NCBI GenBank assembly: GCA_951406725.2 | Contig: OX597825.1 | Span: forward strand, 29,574,001 to 29,638,000 | Direction of reading: 5' to 3' | DNA length: 64,000 bases | From: Octopus vulgaris | Lineage: Eukaryota | Shown: one piece after another, positions 13,530-25,755 of the stretch | Position numbering within the stretch: position 1 is the first letter of the stretch | How the letters are laid out: every line of letters starts with the position of its first letter | The notes under the pieces: model-generated | The model's input: only the letters and a program-made list of their open reading frames with translations | Database searches by the model: none | What the model was told of the DNA's origin: nothing | Translations under genes and position numbers: made by a program

Positions 13530-13748
13530 TGTGGCTGATGTCTATGTCAGGTCATGCTGATGGCCTGCAAAATACACCCACTACACTCTCGGAGTGGTTG
13601 GCATTAGGAAGGACATCCAGCCGTAGAAACTTTGCCAAATCAGCTTAGAACCTGGTGCAGCTCCCTCGCTTACCAGTTTTCAGTCAAACTGCCCAACTCA
13701 TTGCTAGCATGGACAGCGGATGTTAAATGAGGATGATGATGATGATGA
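13530..13748 (+). mobile_element. Family D retroposon 3' part with (GAT)n tail
   Basis: cacccactacactctcggagtggttggcattaggaaggacatccagccgtagaaac..agcatggacagcggatgttaaatgaggatgatg. Confidence 0.85.
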
Positions 13749-14569
13749 CTAGCCAGAAACTGATATTAAAAACATTATATTCACCGACGGAGATCTGAGT
13801 TCAAGCCCTGATAAAAGCTTATTGAAAGTAATAACAAGCAATTTCAGTGTCGTTTTTCTCTAAATACTTTCTGATGTTTTCAGCAGTACCACCATCATTT
13901 CTTTGAACATCGTTATCTTCATTGACATCATCGTCATCACAATTTCATTAGTACCTCTACTATTGCAGTTATCATCATGTCATCGTCTTTCATTATCATC
14001 ACTTTCGGTGCCATCACTATCACCATCTTTTGTATAGTGTTTTAAAATTACAAACAACTTTAGCAATTATCATGATCTATTTTATGTTAGGTTCCTGCCA
14101 TTATATTACAGATACAACATCCTACATATGTGCTTCTTTCAAAATTGCAATCTGTGTTTGGTAAATATAAGTAGAAATCTATTAAATTAGCCATGATTCT
14201 TATTCTTGTGCCTTGCTTACAAATACAGTTAGCTTCTACGAAATATCGGTTACAGCCAGTGTTGACTCAATAAAAACCGTTTCAAGCTGATAAACTCTTA
14301 GCTTGGCAAACACAGGTGAATTAAAATGTCAGAAGTTTAAGAATAAACATCATCTCTGTCCCCTACTTTCACTTTACCCTGTTGCTTATCCCTTCTTTTT
14401 CTCCTGTTCTCCGTCACACTCCCCCATTCCTCTGTTCTTACCTACCATCCCTCATCCCTCTGACATGGATCATTGTCCACTCTTTCTTCTAATCTCCCTT
14501 ATTTATAGGGGCCAAATTAGGGCCCAGTCATGCAAGTTATAAAGTAACCACTACTAATGCTGATGCCAC

Positions 14570-14772
14570 AAAAAAAAAACCATCTCATACACTTTGTAAA
14601 GTTGCTGGTGTTAGGATGAGCATCCAGGCATCGAAACCATGCCAAACCAGGAAGTGCAGCTTGGTGCAGTACTCTCACTCACCAAACTGTCCAACCCTTG
14701 CCAGCATGGATGCTAGATGTTAAATGACAGTGATGAAGATGATGATGATGGTCATTGTGATGACAATGATGA
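14570..14772 (+). mobile_element. Family D copy, degraded
   Basis: ggtgttaggatgagcatccagg..aaactgtccaacccttgccagcatggatgctagatgttaaatgac followed by a GAT-type tail. Confidence 0.75.
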
Positions 14773-14948
14773 ACATTATTTACATTATTTACATTTGATG
14801 GATATTTGTCCTCATCTTGTTTGTTGTTAACACAATATTTCGGCTGATATACTCTCCAGCCTTCATCAGGTGTCTTGGGGAAATTTCGAACCTGGATTCT
14901 CATTCTTAAGGTATTTTTCAATGTTGTTGTTGTTATTATTATTATTAC

Positions 14949-14987
<39 letters not shown>

Positions 14988-15059
14988 TATTATTATTATT
15001 ATTATTATTATTATCATTCAGGTCACTACCTGGAATCTAACTCGGAACCTTGGGGTTAG
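14773..15059 (-). mobile_element. Family F: tRNA-headed SINE with (AAT)n/(AAC)n spacer and a hammerhead-bearing 3' tail
   Basis: Minus strand: ctaaccccaaggttccGAGTTAGATTCCaggtagtgacctgaat (B-box-like), (AAT)n, unique tail with the hammerhead, terminal (AAATAATGT)n. Confidence 0.7.
14829..14874 (-). ncRNA. Minimal type-I hammerhead ribozyme motif
   Basis: Minus strand: GACAC-CTGATGA-A-GGCTG(GAGAGTATAT)CAGCC-GAAA-TA-TT-GTGTT; 5-bp stems I and II, palindromic stem III ATAT; predicted cut between 14834 and 14833. Confidence 0.75.
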
Positions 15060-15163
15060 AGCACGGGCTACTAACCTCAAGATTCCAAGTTCGATACCAA
15101 GCAGTGACCTGAATGATGATGATAATAATAATAATAATAATAACAACAACAACAACAACAACA
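15060..15163 (+). mobile_element. Inverted partial copy of the family-F head, fused head-to-head
   Basis: 15071-15116 is the reverse complement of 15014-15059 at 39/46 positions; B-box AAGTTCGATACC; followed by (AAT)n(AAC)n mirroring the left flank. Confidence 0.85.
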
Positions 15164-15804
15164 TATTACATACTAATTTAATAGAATTGATTGGACCAGT
15201 GAATAGCATCCATCAAGAATGACAGAGATCTGATTGGCTACTTTGACGGTTTCTGGAATAGGAACAGTTACATCTAGGAATAAAATCAAGGTTCTACATT
15301 TAACTTGGCAAAACAACTTACCTTTAGAATATTCTGAAATAGTTATAGTTATCCTCATCATCATCATCATCATTATCATCATTGTCATCATTGTCATCAG
15401 CATCTTAATGTTAATTTTTCTATCCTTGCTTGGGTCAGTAGAATTGGGTTGAGGAAGAATTTTGCATGGACCAGGTGCTCTTCCTGTCTCCAACCTCACC
15501 TGTTTCCAAGAAACGGTTATATTTCCCCATGGCTTGACATGTTTTCATAGCAGACTGAAAATGAAACACGACACCTTTTATGAAGGTCATACTCATTTAC
15601 AATTGCCATGCAATGTCAAGACAAACACACACACACATGACAGGCTTGTTTTAGGTTCTGTTTACATCCCCACACAAAGCCCTGGTCAAGTTAGGCCTAC
15701 AGAAGAAGACACTTGGCAAAGATGCATTGTAATACTAAAACAGAAACCACTTAGTGGTATTGTAATATGAACTTCTTCACCACAATGCCATGACTGTGCC
15801 TTCC

Positions 15805-16192
15805 ATACATACACTCACACATACATACATATATACATATATGTACATACATATGAACATACATATATACATATATGTACACACACATATATACACATAT
15901 AAAATATGTGTATGTATGTATATATGTGTATGTGTGTATATATATGCACATATGTATATATGTATATATATTAACATCAATCTATATATGTGTGCACATG
16001 TGTGTATGTACATATATATATATGTATATATATATATATGTGTGTGTGTGTATGTATGTATGTATTTATGTGTGTATGTATGTGTGTATGTATGTATGTT
16101 TATGTATGTATGTATGTATGTGCGTGTATGTATGTATGCATTTATGTATGTATGTATGTATGTATGTTTATGTATGTATGTATGTATGTACA
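15805..16192. repeat. Compound (TACA)n/(TATG)n microsatellite
   Basis: Direct inspection. Confidence 0.9.
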
Positions 16193-16654
16193 TAAATAGA
16201 ATGAATGTGGGAATGAATGTGTTCTTGTTTTTCTGTGTTGGCATCTTTTCTCCATTTCTAGCCAGACAAATTTTGATGATATTCAATTCTTGCTGAACAC
16301 AATTCCTTGCCTCTAGCTGTCTTTTACTGAGTTATTTTCTTTATTGCAATCAACAGCTGTATTTCACACATATCAACACACACATATACACATTGCAGAG
16401 AAGTTTCTATTGTTTAATTTAACATTTTATAGTTATTTATTTTGTGAAATGGCTTTTTCTTTCTTTTTATTTTATTCAATATATGTTGCTATGAATTGTG
16501 AAATAATGTCTTTCTTTTTAATTGCACTTACCTACCAATTAAATGTTTGAATAAAAGATTGATAATAGCCTTGTGGATAAAGATGTCAGCTTCTTCACCA
16601 TCACTGTCACGACAGGAGCAGAGCTAGTAAGAACTGGCTCTGCCCTTGTTCTGG

Positions 16655-16655
<1 letters not shown>

Positions 16656-16722
<67 letters not shown>
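16656..16722. repeat. Pure (ATT)n microsatellite
   Basis: Direct inspection. Confidence 0.95.
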
Positions 16723-16723
<1 letters not shown>

Positions 16724-16726
16724 AGA

Positions 16727-16865
16727 GGTGCGCAGGCAGAATCATGAGCATGCTGGCTCAAAAGCTTAGCGGTATTTTGTCTGTCTTTACGTTCTGAGTT
16801 CAAATTCCGCCGGGGTTGGCTTTGCCGTTCATCCTTTTGGGGTTGACAAATTAAGTACTAGTTAC
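16727..16865 (+). mobile_element. SINE family C 5' part
   Basis: ggcagaatcatgagcatg..gcttagcggtattttgtctgtc..ttctGAGTTCAAATTCCgcc..ttcatccttttggggttgacaaattaagtac. Confidence 0.8.
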
Positions 16866-17268
16866 CCAAGGTGCCTTGCTATGAAACTGAACCTGAGGCC
16901 TAGTAGTTAGGAAGCACACTCCTTACCACACATTCATGCAAGAAATTAAGGATGTCTAGTTAAGTGTCTAAATGGTCTGACATTGAAAATCTTTCCCCAA
17001 CAGAACCAGTTCTTTATAAATATACTCTTGTGAGAAATATCAATTAACACTCAGTTATTAATTCTTTAATAATAGCGAAGGTGCAAGTCATAATGGTTAG
17101 AGTATTAGGCTCATTATCATAAGATTCTGGTTTCAAATCTTGAACTGACTCGCTTGTAGTATCCTTGAGCAAGATATTTCATTTTATGTTGCTCCAGTCT
17201 ACTTAATTAAAAATGATTTCCAGGTAAGTGCTGATGCAGCTGTCTCAGCCTCCAGTTATAATATATAC

Positions 17269-17933
17269 CAGTGTTTCTCAAACAGTTTTTATCAAGGGAT
17301 CCCTTTGATTACTATTTTATTCTGGTGAACCCCTATAGTGATTTGATGATTTAAAACTAGTCTTATAGATACTCCTTTTAAAATTCCTGTTTTTGTTTTT
17401 CACACAGTCACTTTTGCAAGTTAGCAATAGCATTCTCTGAGACAGTTTTCAGTGACCAAAATCATGTTGAATTCTGCAAATCATTAGAAAAATAAGCCAA
17501 GCTGTTCCTTGCAATAAATAGATTTAAAAAGCAACATTTTTTCCTAAGGGTCTTAAAATACTACAGTGTAGACTCGTTCCTGTGCAGGTGGCATGTAAAA
17601 AGCACCATTTGAGTGTGGTCGATGGCAGCACCGCCTGACAGGCCTTCATGCCGGTGGCATGTAAAAGCACCCACTACACTTCTGAGCATTGCTTGACAAC
17701 TGATGCTCGTGTGTTTACATCTCCGTAACTTAGCGGTTTGGCAAAAGAGATCGATAGAATAAGTACTAGGCTTACAAAGAATAAGTCCTGGGGTCGATTT
17801 GCTCAACTAAAGGCGGTGCTCCAGCATGGCCACAGTCTGAAACAAGTAAAAAAGTAGACATAAAGTTAAGTATATTTTAGTATGCTTATCCTTAAGGGAA
17901 AACTCATTTAGATAAAAAGGTTGGGAACCACTG
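17269..17933. mobile_element. Probable hAT (Charlie-type) non-autonomous element with a nested retroposon
   Basis: Termini CAGTGTTTCTCAAAC and GGTTGGGAACCACTG resemble hAT-Charlie TIRs; the 8-bp flanks atatatac/aactagag keep a central TA but match only 4/8. Confidence 0.55.
17570..17855 (+). mobile_element. Chimeric retroposon: family-D modules joined to a family-A 3' half
   Basis: ggtggcatgtaaaa(a)gcacc twice plus cccactacact (D), then from about 17687 cattgcttgacaactgatgct..gctccagcatggccacagtc (A). Confidence 0.75.
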
Positions 17934-18214
17934 AACTAGAGCCTCTACAGTTTGCGTTAGTGTTAGTAACACTCGTGTTAGTGTTAGCATAACAACAGCC
18001 TCTACTCCTAGTGTTAGTATCAATGTAATTGTAGGCCTCACGCCTAATTTTAGTATTAGTATAACGCAGTCTCTACATGTGGTGTTTTGTGTCAGCTTAA
18101 TAACATTGCCAGCGAATACATCAAAAAAGCACTCTGTTGCTGGACTATAAACTGTAAACTAGTCTTTCTTACACATCAGTTGATATAGATTACTGTGCAT
18201 ACGCATAATCACTG

Positions 18215-19020
18215 ACACAAATATGCATACACGGACATACACAAATATATAGATACACAAATATACTTACACAAATATATACATACCCAAATATACTTAC
18301 ACAAATATATGTACATACACATATATACTTACACAAAGATATACACACAAATATATGCATGCACAAATATACATACACAAATATATACATACACAAATAT
18401 ACTTACACAAATATATACATACACATATATACTTAAACAAATATATATACACACAAATATACTTACACAAATATGCATACACAAATATACTTACATACAT
18501 ATATACATACACAAATATACATACATAAATATACTTACACAAATATATACATACACATATATACTTAAACAAATATATATACACACAAATATACTTACAC
18601 AAATATGCATACACAAATATACTTACATACATATATACATACACAAATATACATACATAAATATACTTACACAAATATATACATACACAAATATACATAC
18701 ACATATATACATACACAAATATATACATACTTATGCAAATATATACATGCACAAATATACATACATAAATATACTTACACAAATATATACATACACAAAT
18801 ATACATATACATATATACATACACAAATATATACATACTTATGCAAATATATACATGCACAAATATACATACACAAATATATACATACGCAAATATACAT
18901 ATATAAATATACATACACATATATACTTACACAAATATACTCACACAAATATATACATACACAAATATATACAAACACAAATATACTTAAATATATACAT
19001 ACACAAATATACATACACAC
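18215..19020. repeat. ACACAAATATA(C/T)-type minisatellite with 132-bp and 108-bp higher-order duplications
   Basis: acacatatatacttaaacaa at 18421 and 18553; atgcaaatatatacatgcac at 18733 and 18841. Confidence 0.9.
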
Positions 19021-19800
19021 AGATAACCATACTTATGCACATATGCATGCACACATACATAATACACACACATGCATCTACACATGTATGCACCTATACA
19101 TATTTCAATGCATATACACATGCACAAAGATTTATGCATATTCTTACATACATAGACAGTGTTACATATATATTTACACAACCACACATATAGTTATACA
19201 CACAGCCACACACACACACATGCACACACACATCCAAACATCCACACACAATCAATGCACACACACACACACAGCCACATGCATGTACACACATGGCTAC
19301 ATACTGTCGTTCACTTTACATAGACACACATCAGCCACACACACACATATGGTCACACGTACATATAATAGACTCATATACACATTCATACATTCATAGA
19401 CGCTGTTACACTTTTGCTTAAACAATTGCATACATAATCGCACATACAATCACACACAATTACACACACACACACACACACACACATTCATACATAACAC
19501 ATCTCTATGGTGGATGACTCTATCCAGACATCAGTAGAAACATTAGTACGTTATTTCCAATATTATGCTTAATGAAGTGTATCTAAATACAGTTTTTGCT
19601 TTTCATAGCGTATAGTTAAGGAAATATCAGGGAAACTCAATGGAGACTGGTTCTACCAGTGCATCCAGGCAGCAAACAGTAAGAATCAGTTGCAAATATG
19701 TTCAGTTAATATTCCAAATATATGGACACACAGACAGATCTTTAGTTTTGTAGTGTAGTCTAACCACATGCAAATATATATATATATATATATATATATA

Positions 19801-20368
19801 CGAGGTTGAGTCTAAAAGTAATGCCATTTTGTTTAGGACAGGTATAATTACCAACACAGGAACATGTATCATACATCAAAATGAAGCTGGTCCTCAGTGG
19901 ATCAAATCCCTACTTTTCAACATAGTCATCGTTTCTCTCAATAGCAATGTTTCACCTTTGAATGAGAGCATGTATCCCTGTCCTGTAAAATTCTATTGGC
20001 TGTTCTTTGAGCCACTTCTTCACTACAGTTTTCACTTTCTTGTCACTGGAATAATTTAGCACCTTCAGACTATCGTCTCTTTGGCCCCCATGAAAGAGGG
20101 TTAGAGAGGCAAACATTATTTCAGGGACAAGAAAGTGAAAACTGTAGTGAAGAAGTGGCTCAAAGAACAGTCAACAGAATTTTACAGAGCAGGGATACAT
20201 GGTCTTATTTGAAGTTGGAACATTGCTATTGAGAGAAATGGTGACTATGATGAGAAGTAGAGATGTAATCCACAGAGGACCAGCTTCATTTTGATGTATG
20301 ATACATGTTCCTGTGTTGGTAATTATACCTGTCCTAAACAAAATGGCATTACTTTTTGACTCACCCTC

Positions 20369-20369
<1 letters not shown>
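19801..20369. mobile_element. Fold-back mariner-derived MITE, 569 bp, made of two inverted 3' ends of a mariner, inserted in (TA)n
   Basis: 255-bp arms (19801-20055, 20115-20369); termini CGAGG(T/G)TGAGTC(T/A)AAAAGTAATGCC with TA flanks; spacer and right arm encode LAPSDYRLFGP/MKEG*RGKHY..VKKWLKEQSTEFY..NGDYDEK*. Confidence 0.92.
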
Positions 20370-20416
<47 letters not shown>

Positions 20417-20889
20417 TCACAAACTGAATATAAAAGACAAGTACATCAATACATGCATTGTGTATATATCTGTGTGTGTGTGTGTGTGAGTGTGTGTGTG
20501 GTTAAGAAACGTTCCCAACTATATAGCTTTGAGCTCAATCCCACACTTCATTGGCACCTTGAGCAAGTGCCTACATATAGTCTGCAGCCTGCCAAAGCTT
20601 TGTGAATGGATTTTGGATTTCGTACACAGGATCTCAGAGAAAACCACTGTGTGTCTGTTGATATATATATATATACAAACATAAATACACATGTGAGCAC
20701 ACACCCACCCTCCCTCACACACACATGGATGCTGTATTGTCAGATGTTTAGGAAGATTGCTTTACAATGACAAGGACCTAAGATTGACCCCATGGTATGG
20801 TATCTTTTGGAAAGTTCCTTTACCATAGTTATAGAATAGCTCTAACCTTCTTTGCAAAATCAGGTAGGCAAGAACTGTCTGCAAGCTTG

Positions 20890-21030
20890 TATCTGAAATT
20901 CAAAAAGCCAGTCTTGTTACATAATGCATCTTACAGATATTTCCTGAGAATTACTTTAAGAATACATTTATCAGTGGAATACTCAGTCACATGCATGCAA
21001 ATCTAGACTTGGGGAGCAAACAGGAGAGGA
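20890..21030 (+). mobile_element. Degraded dispersed repeat (probable SINE body), related to 60445-60585
   Basis: ctgagaattactttaagaatacatttatcagtggaatactca aligns with the reverse complement of 60481-60524. Confidence 0.45.
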
Positions 21031-21457
21031 TAACATGTTCTGTGCTACTTTTGGTGTGATTTGGTGATGAGCAGACATCATAGATACACTCTTGGCTTAT
21101 CCATGAGCTGGTACTTGTTTTTAGTTGAGTAGACAAGAGAAATAGGAGATGAAGTGCCTTGCTCAAAGATACAAAGTGTCAGCCGCTCCAAGAATCAAAC
21201 ATACAATCTTGTGATTGTAAGTCTCATTTCCTAAACAGAAAGCCACATGCCTTTGCAGATGTGTATACATAGCGGGGGTGGGGGTGGGGGGTTTACTTCA
21301 TTTAGATATACACGTTTTGTGAGTGTGTAAGTTTACTGAACTTAAAAGACATGAAAATAAGCATCTAATAAAAGTACAAACACAACACATATAAATTATA
21401 CATTCAAACAGTACATCAAGCAACTAGATTTACACACATGTGCTCATACATATAATA

Positions 21458-21842
<385 letters not shown>

Positions 21843-22460
21843 CACAGTTCCTTGATTGTCTGCATGTTTGTAGTCTCTCATTTATGGACTAACCACAATA
21901 TTGGACTATTCTTTGATAAGTCATGAAAACATGATTAGTAATTCATAGCAATTTTTTTGTTCCCCCCTTTTGCGGGTCTTTTATATTTTTTGTGTTTTGT
22001 GTTTATATTTCTTTCTCCTTTCATTCTTTCCCTCCTTAGCCCATAATCATATGTTAATGACTGATTGTTTCAGAGTTAACAAAGTTATAGATTTATGATA
22101 AACATTTTTGAACATCCCACATGAATTAACCATCATGTGGTACCACTCACTGTTTTATGTTACACATGTCCCACCCATAAATAACCAACCAACTTTTATT
22201 TTCAAAGGCACAAAAGTAGAACTTCTAAAAGAGTTTGGAGTCAATTGATTTATTCAAAAGCAATTTTTGCCAACAATTCTGAAATTCAAAACATTAAAGA
22301 CAATCGATTCCTAATAATGGAGAGAGAAGCTTATCACCATAAACTTTATCAATCCAATTCTAATTACAAAACTTCCACCAGTTTGCATTTTTCTTATCTG
22401 CCTGCAACACTGTCTGCCGAAGGTTACATTGTAATTTTGGCTTTATCTTTATCCTTACCC

Positions 22461-22495
22461 TTATTATTATTATTATCATCATTATCATCATCATC

Positions 22496-22573
<78 letters not shown>

Positions 22574-22595
22574 GTTATTGCTATTGCTGTTGCTA
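22461..22595. repeat. (TTA)n/(TCA)n microsatellite
   Basis: Direct inspection; source of the poly-Leu ORF. Confidence 0.9.
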
Positions 22596-22762
22596 CTTTT
22601 TTTATATTGTTATTAATATTTAAAACACATATTCATATCATAAAATCTATTTTGTTTAACAGTTAATTGATTTATGGTTGGGAAATTCTTGGTGATCCTT
22701 GGATATTTTATACTCTTTATTGATAGAATAAATAAAAAAATTCATATTTATACATGTATCTT

Positions 22763-22813
<51 letters not shown>

Positions 22814-22897
22814 GCACATACACACATAAGAAGGTATGTATGCATATATACACATGTAAAAATTTCCAGTTATTTAAAAAATTCCAAGCATACATAT

Positions 22898-22929
<32 letters not shown>

Positions 22930-23271
22930 CTTATATAATGCTTATCAGCTGCTTCATTTTGTGGAATTATCTTGCTGCCATTGTTTATTTAGGAAAGATT
23001 TATCAGGGCAAAGGTTACAAAAGAACCTATTCACATTATCTGTTAAAACTGGGAGCATATTATTCTCTTGAAGACTTTCTAATTACCAGTTTTCTGTGCG
23101 ACAGTTACGATATCTATGCTTGGTACTTTACAAAATGTCGATAATCAGTATTTATGAGCATGTCTGCAGATAGCCAAGTTGATAGAGTATTGGATTGCCA
23201 TCCAAAGGTTATGCAAGGTATTCTATTGTAATTATTGTCATTTGTCAATGGACCGGGCATTTAATTCTTAA

Positions 23272-23600
23272 ATGGCTGTGTGGTTGAGGAGCTTGTTTTG
23301 TAGCCGTGTGGTTTAGGGTTCAGGCCCATCCTGTGGCACCCTTGGGCAATTTGTTTTTTACTATAGCCCTGGGCTGACCAAAGCCTTGTGAGAGGATATG
23401 GTAAATGAAAACTGTATGAAGCCCATTGTGTGTGTTTCTGCTGTGTTTGTGTTGTGTTTTCCCTCTACTACCACTTGATAATCAGTTCTGGATAATTTTA
23501 GCAGTTTGGCCAAAGAGACCAACACAATAAGTACCAGACTTAGAGGTTACTTATAGGGGAGCGAGAAGGGGCAATTTGATCAACCAAATGACTTCAAGAC
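23272..23600 (+). mobile_element. SINE family A, degraded
   Basis: tggctgtgtggttgaggagcttg..gggttcaggccc..ggcacccttgggcaa..gctgaccaaagccttgtgag..aaagagaccaacacaataagtaccagactt. Confidence 0.8.
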
Positions 23601-24757
23601 AATACAAACATATATACAAACATATATATACATAAATATGTTTATTATGGTAGTTTGACCTTAAGAGTCATTCCTAGTGTGAGGCATTTATGTATAGTAA
23701 TGCCCTTAATATAAATAAATATATTTAAAGGGAATAATTAATAAATTTTTCATTTATGAGGTTTTTCACACTAACTACTTGATAACTATTTTAAAATTAT
23801 ATATATATATATATATACACACACACATATATACATGCACACACACACATACATACACACATATGTATCTATGTGTGTATGTATGTATATGAACAAAAGT
23901 GATGTTCCAGATTGGAACAAGTGGAGAGGTGCTGTTAGGACTGGTTGTAATGCCTAGGAGGAAAAGTTGATTCAGCACCCAGCACTCTGAACTTAAAGGG
24001 GCCTGTTGCAAAGGAACAACTGGAACTGTAATCAACAGTGAACATTGGATATGTATTATATGTGACAGTGTTCTGTTGTTAAAAGCAAGATGCATGGGTC
24101 ATATGAAGTTACATGAAAATCTTAATGCCCAGATAAGTAATGATCTTGGACACCAACTGCCTCTTACAACTTTTCATGTCACAAAACTTGCAAGACAATA
24201 TCTGGACTTAGAAGACCTACATTAGTTCACAAAATCATTCCTTCAGAATCAGATTCCAAAGGGCAAAGATATAGAAGAAACTTGAATAATATCAGTCACT
24301 TGTGTTTTAAACCCTGTCAGTCGGCAGCTGGTCTTAAAAGCCACCAAAGGGCTCATCAACGGGGTTTTTGTGCTGTGAGTATTGTTGGGACAGATGAAGC
24401 AATCATCTTGTACATGTATATATACTGAGGTCACGTTAAGGATACAATAATAGTTTCAGACAGAACCAATCCGTCTTCATTTCCTTGTTTTATCTCCAAT
24501 ATCTCATACTTGTGACCATGCAAAAAAATGGTCTGATGATGATGATGGTGGTGGTGGTGGTGATGGTGATGATGATGAGTTAAATGATTATACTGTCAGT
24601 TGTGTACCTCATTTCCATTCTTCAGTGAAAACATGTTCAGCCTGTAGGAAATAATACCTGGTGTATTGGCAACAGGAAGGTATATGGGTACAGAAAAATC
24701 TACTCCAATAAATCCAGCGTGATTCATAAAAGCATAGAAAAGTGAATGTTAAAACAG

Positions 24758-24847
24758 TGATGATGCGGATGATGATGATGATGGTGGTGGTGGTGGTGAT
24801 GGTGATGATGATGATGACAACGATGACAATGACAGTGATGTCAACGG

Positions 24848-24881
<34 letters not shown>

Positions 24882-24992
24882 AGGGATGACAACCATATTG
24901 ATGACAATGATGATGATGTCAATGCTGACAATGACGATGACGACAACGACAAAAATAATCATGAAACTGGCAATAATAATGGCAATGACGAT
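24758..24992. repeat. (GAT)n/(GAC)n cryptic repeat; probable expanded tail of a degraded D-type element at about 24610-24757
   Basis: Preceded by aaagtgaatgttaaaac, a variant of the D terminus. Confidence 0.75.
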
Positions 24993-25338
24993 AATTCATG
25001 TGCCTAATCAATTTTTCAGGATGTGAGATTAATTGCAGATTTAAACAAAAGTGACTCTTTCATTGAAAGCTTTGTAAGAAAATGTCCTGAGTTATTTGAA
25101 AGCCATAAAAAGTTTGCTATATTTTTATATTATTTCTTTTAATCAGGAGAGAAGGCAAGGTCATTGGCCCTTTAATGGGATTATGAGAAAAAAGGGGATG
25201 GACTGGAAGGTTGCTTTCAAATTGTAAGGCTGACCCAAATGCTTGCAACAAAGTCAACCCTGCTAAAAGCAGCCAAAGTATCAAATAAGTGTTAGTGTTT
25301 AAAATCTGGTGATGGGTCAGGTCTAAGCCAAGCCAATT

Positions 25339-25755
25339 CCTATTTCTTTATTGCCCGCAAGGGGCTAAACATAGAGGGGACAAACAAGAACAGACAAAGG
25401 GATTAAGTCGGCTAGATCGACTCCAGTGTGAAACTGGTACTAAATTTATCGACCCTGAAAGGATGAAAGGCAAAGTCAACCTCGGCGGAATTTGAACTCA
25501 GAACGTAGCGGCAGACGAAATACCTATTTCTTTACTACTCACAAGGGGCTAAACATAGAGAGGACAAACAAGGACAGACAAAGGGATTAAGTCGATTATA
25601 TCGACCCCAGTGCGTAACTGGTACTTAATTTATTGACCCTGAAAGGATGAAAGGCAAAGTCGACCTTGGCTGAATTTGAACTCAGAACATAGTGGCAGAC
25701 AAAATACTGCTAAGCATTTTGCCCAGCGTGCTAACGTTTCTGCCAGCTCACCACC
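25339..25755 (-). mobile_element. SINE family C with a 184-bp internal tandem duplication and TSD
   Basis: Units begin cctatttcttta at 25339 and 25523; a single complete head at about 25707-25755; TSD aggtctaagccaa at 25319-25331 and 25757-25769. Confidence 0.9.

Noticed and set aside
18309-19399. 294-aa and 264-aa Y/I/H/T-rich ORFs, and similar ORFs such as 56857-57951
   Set aside because: Translations of CA/TA micro- and minisatellites.
23880-24260. Possible RTE-like RT C-terminal remnant (RCMGHMK..MPR*VMI)
   Set aside because: Similarity is too weak to support without an alignment.
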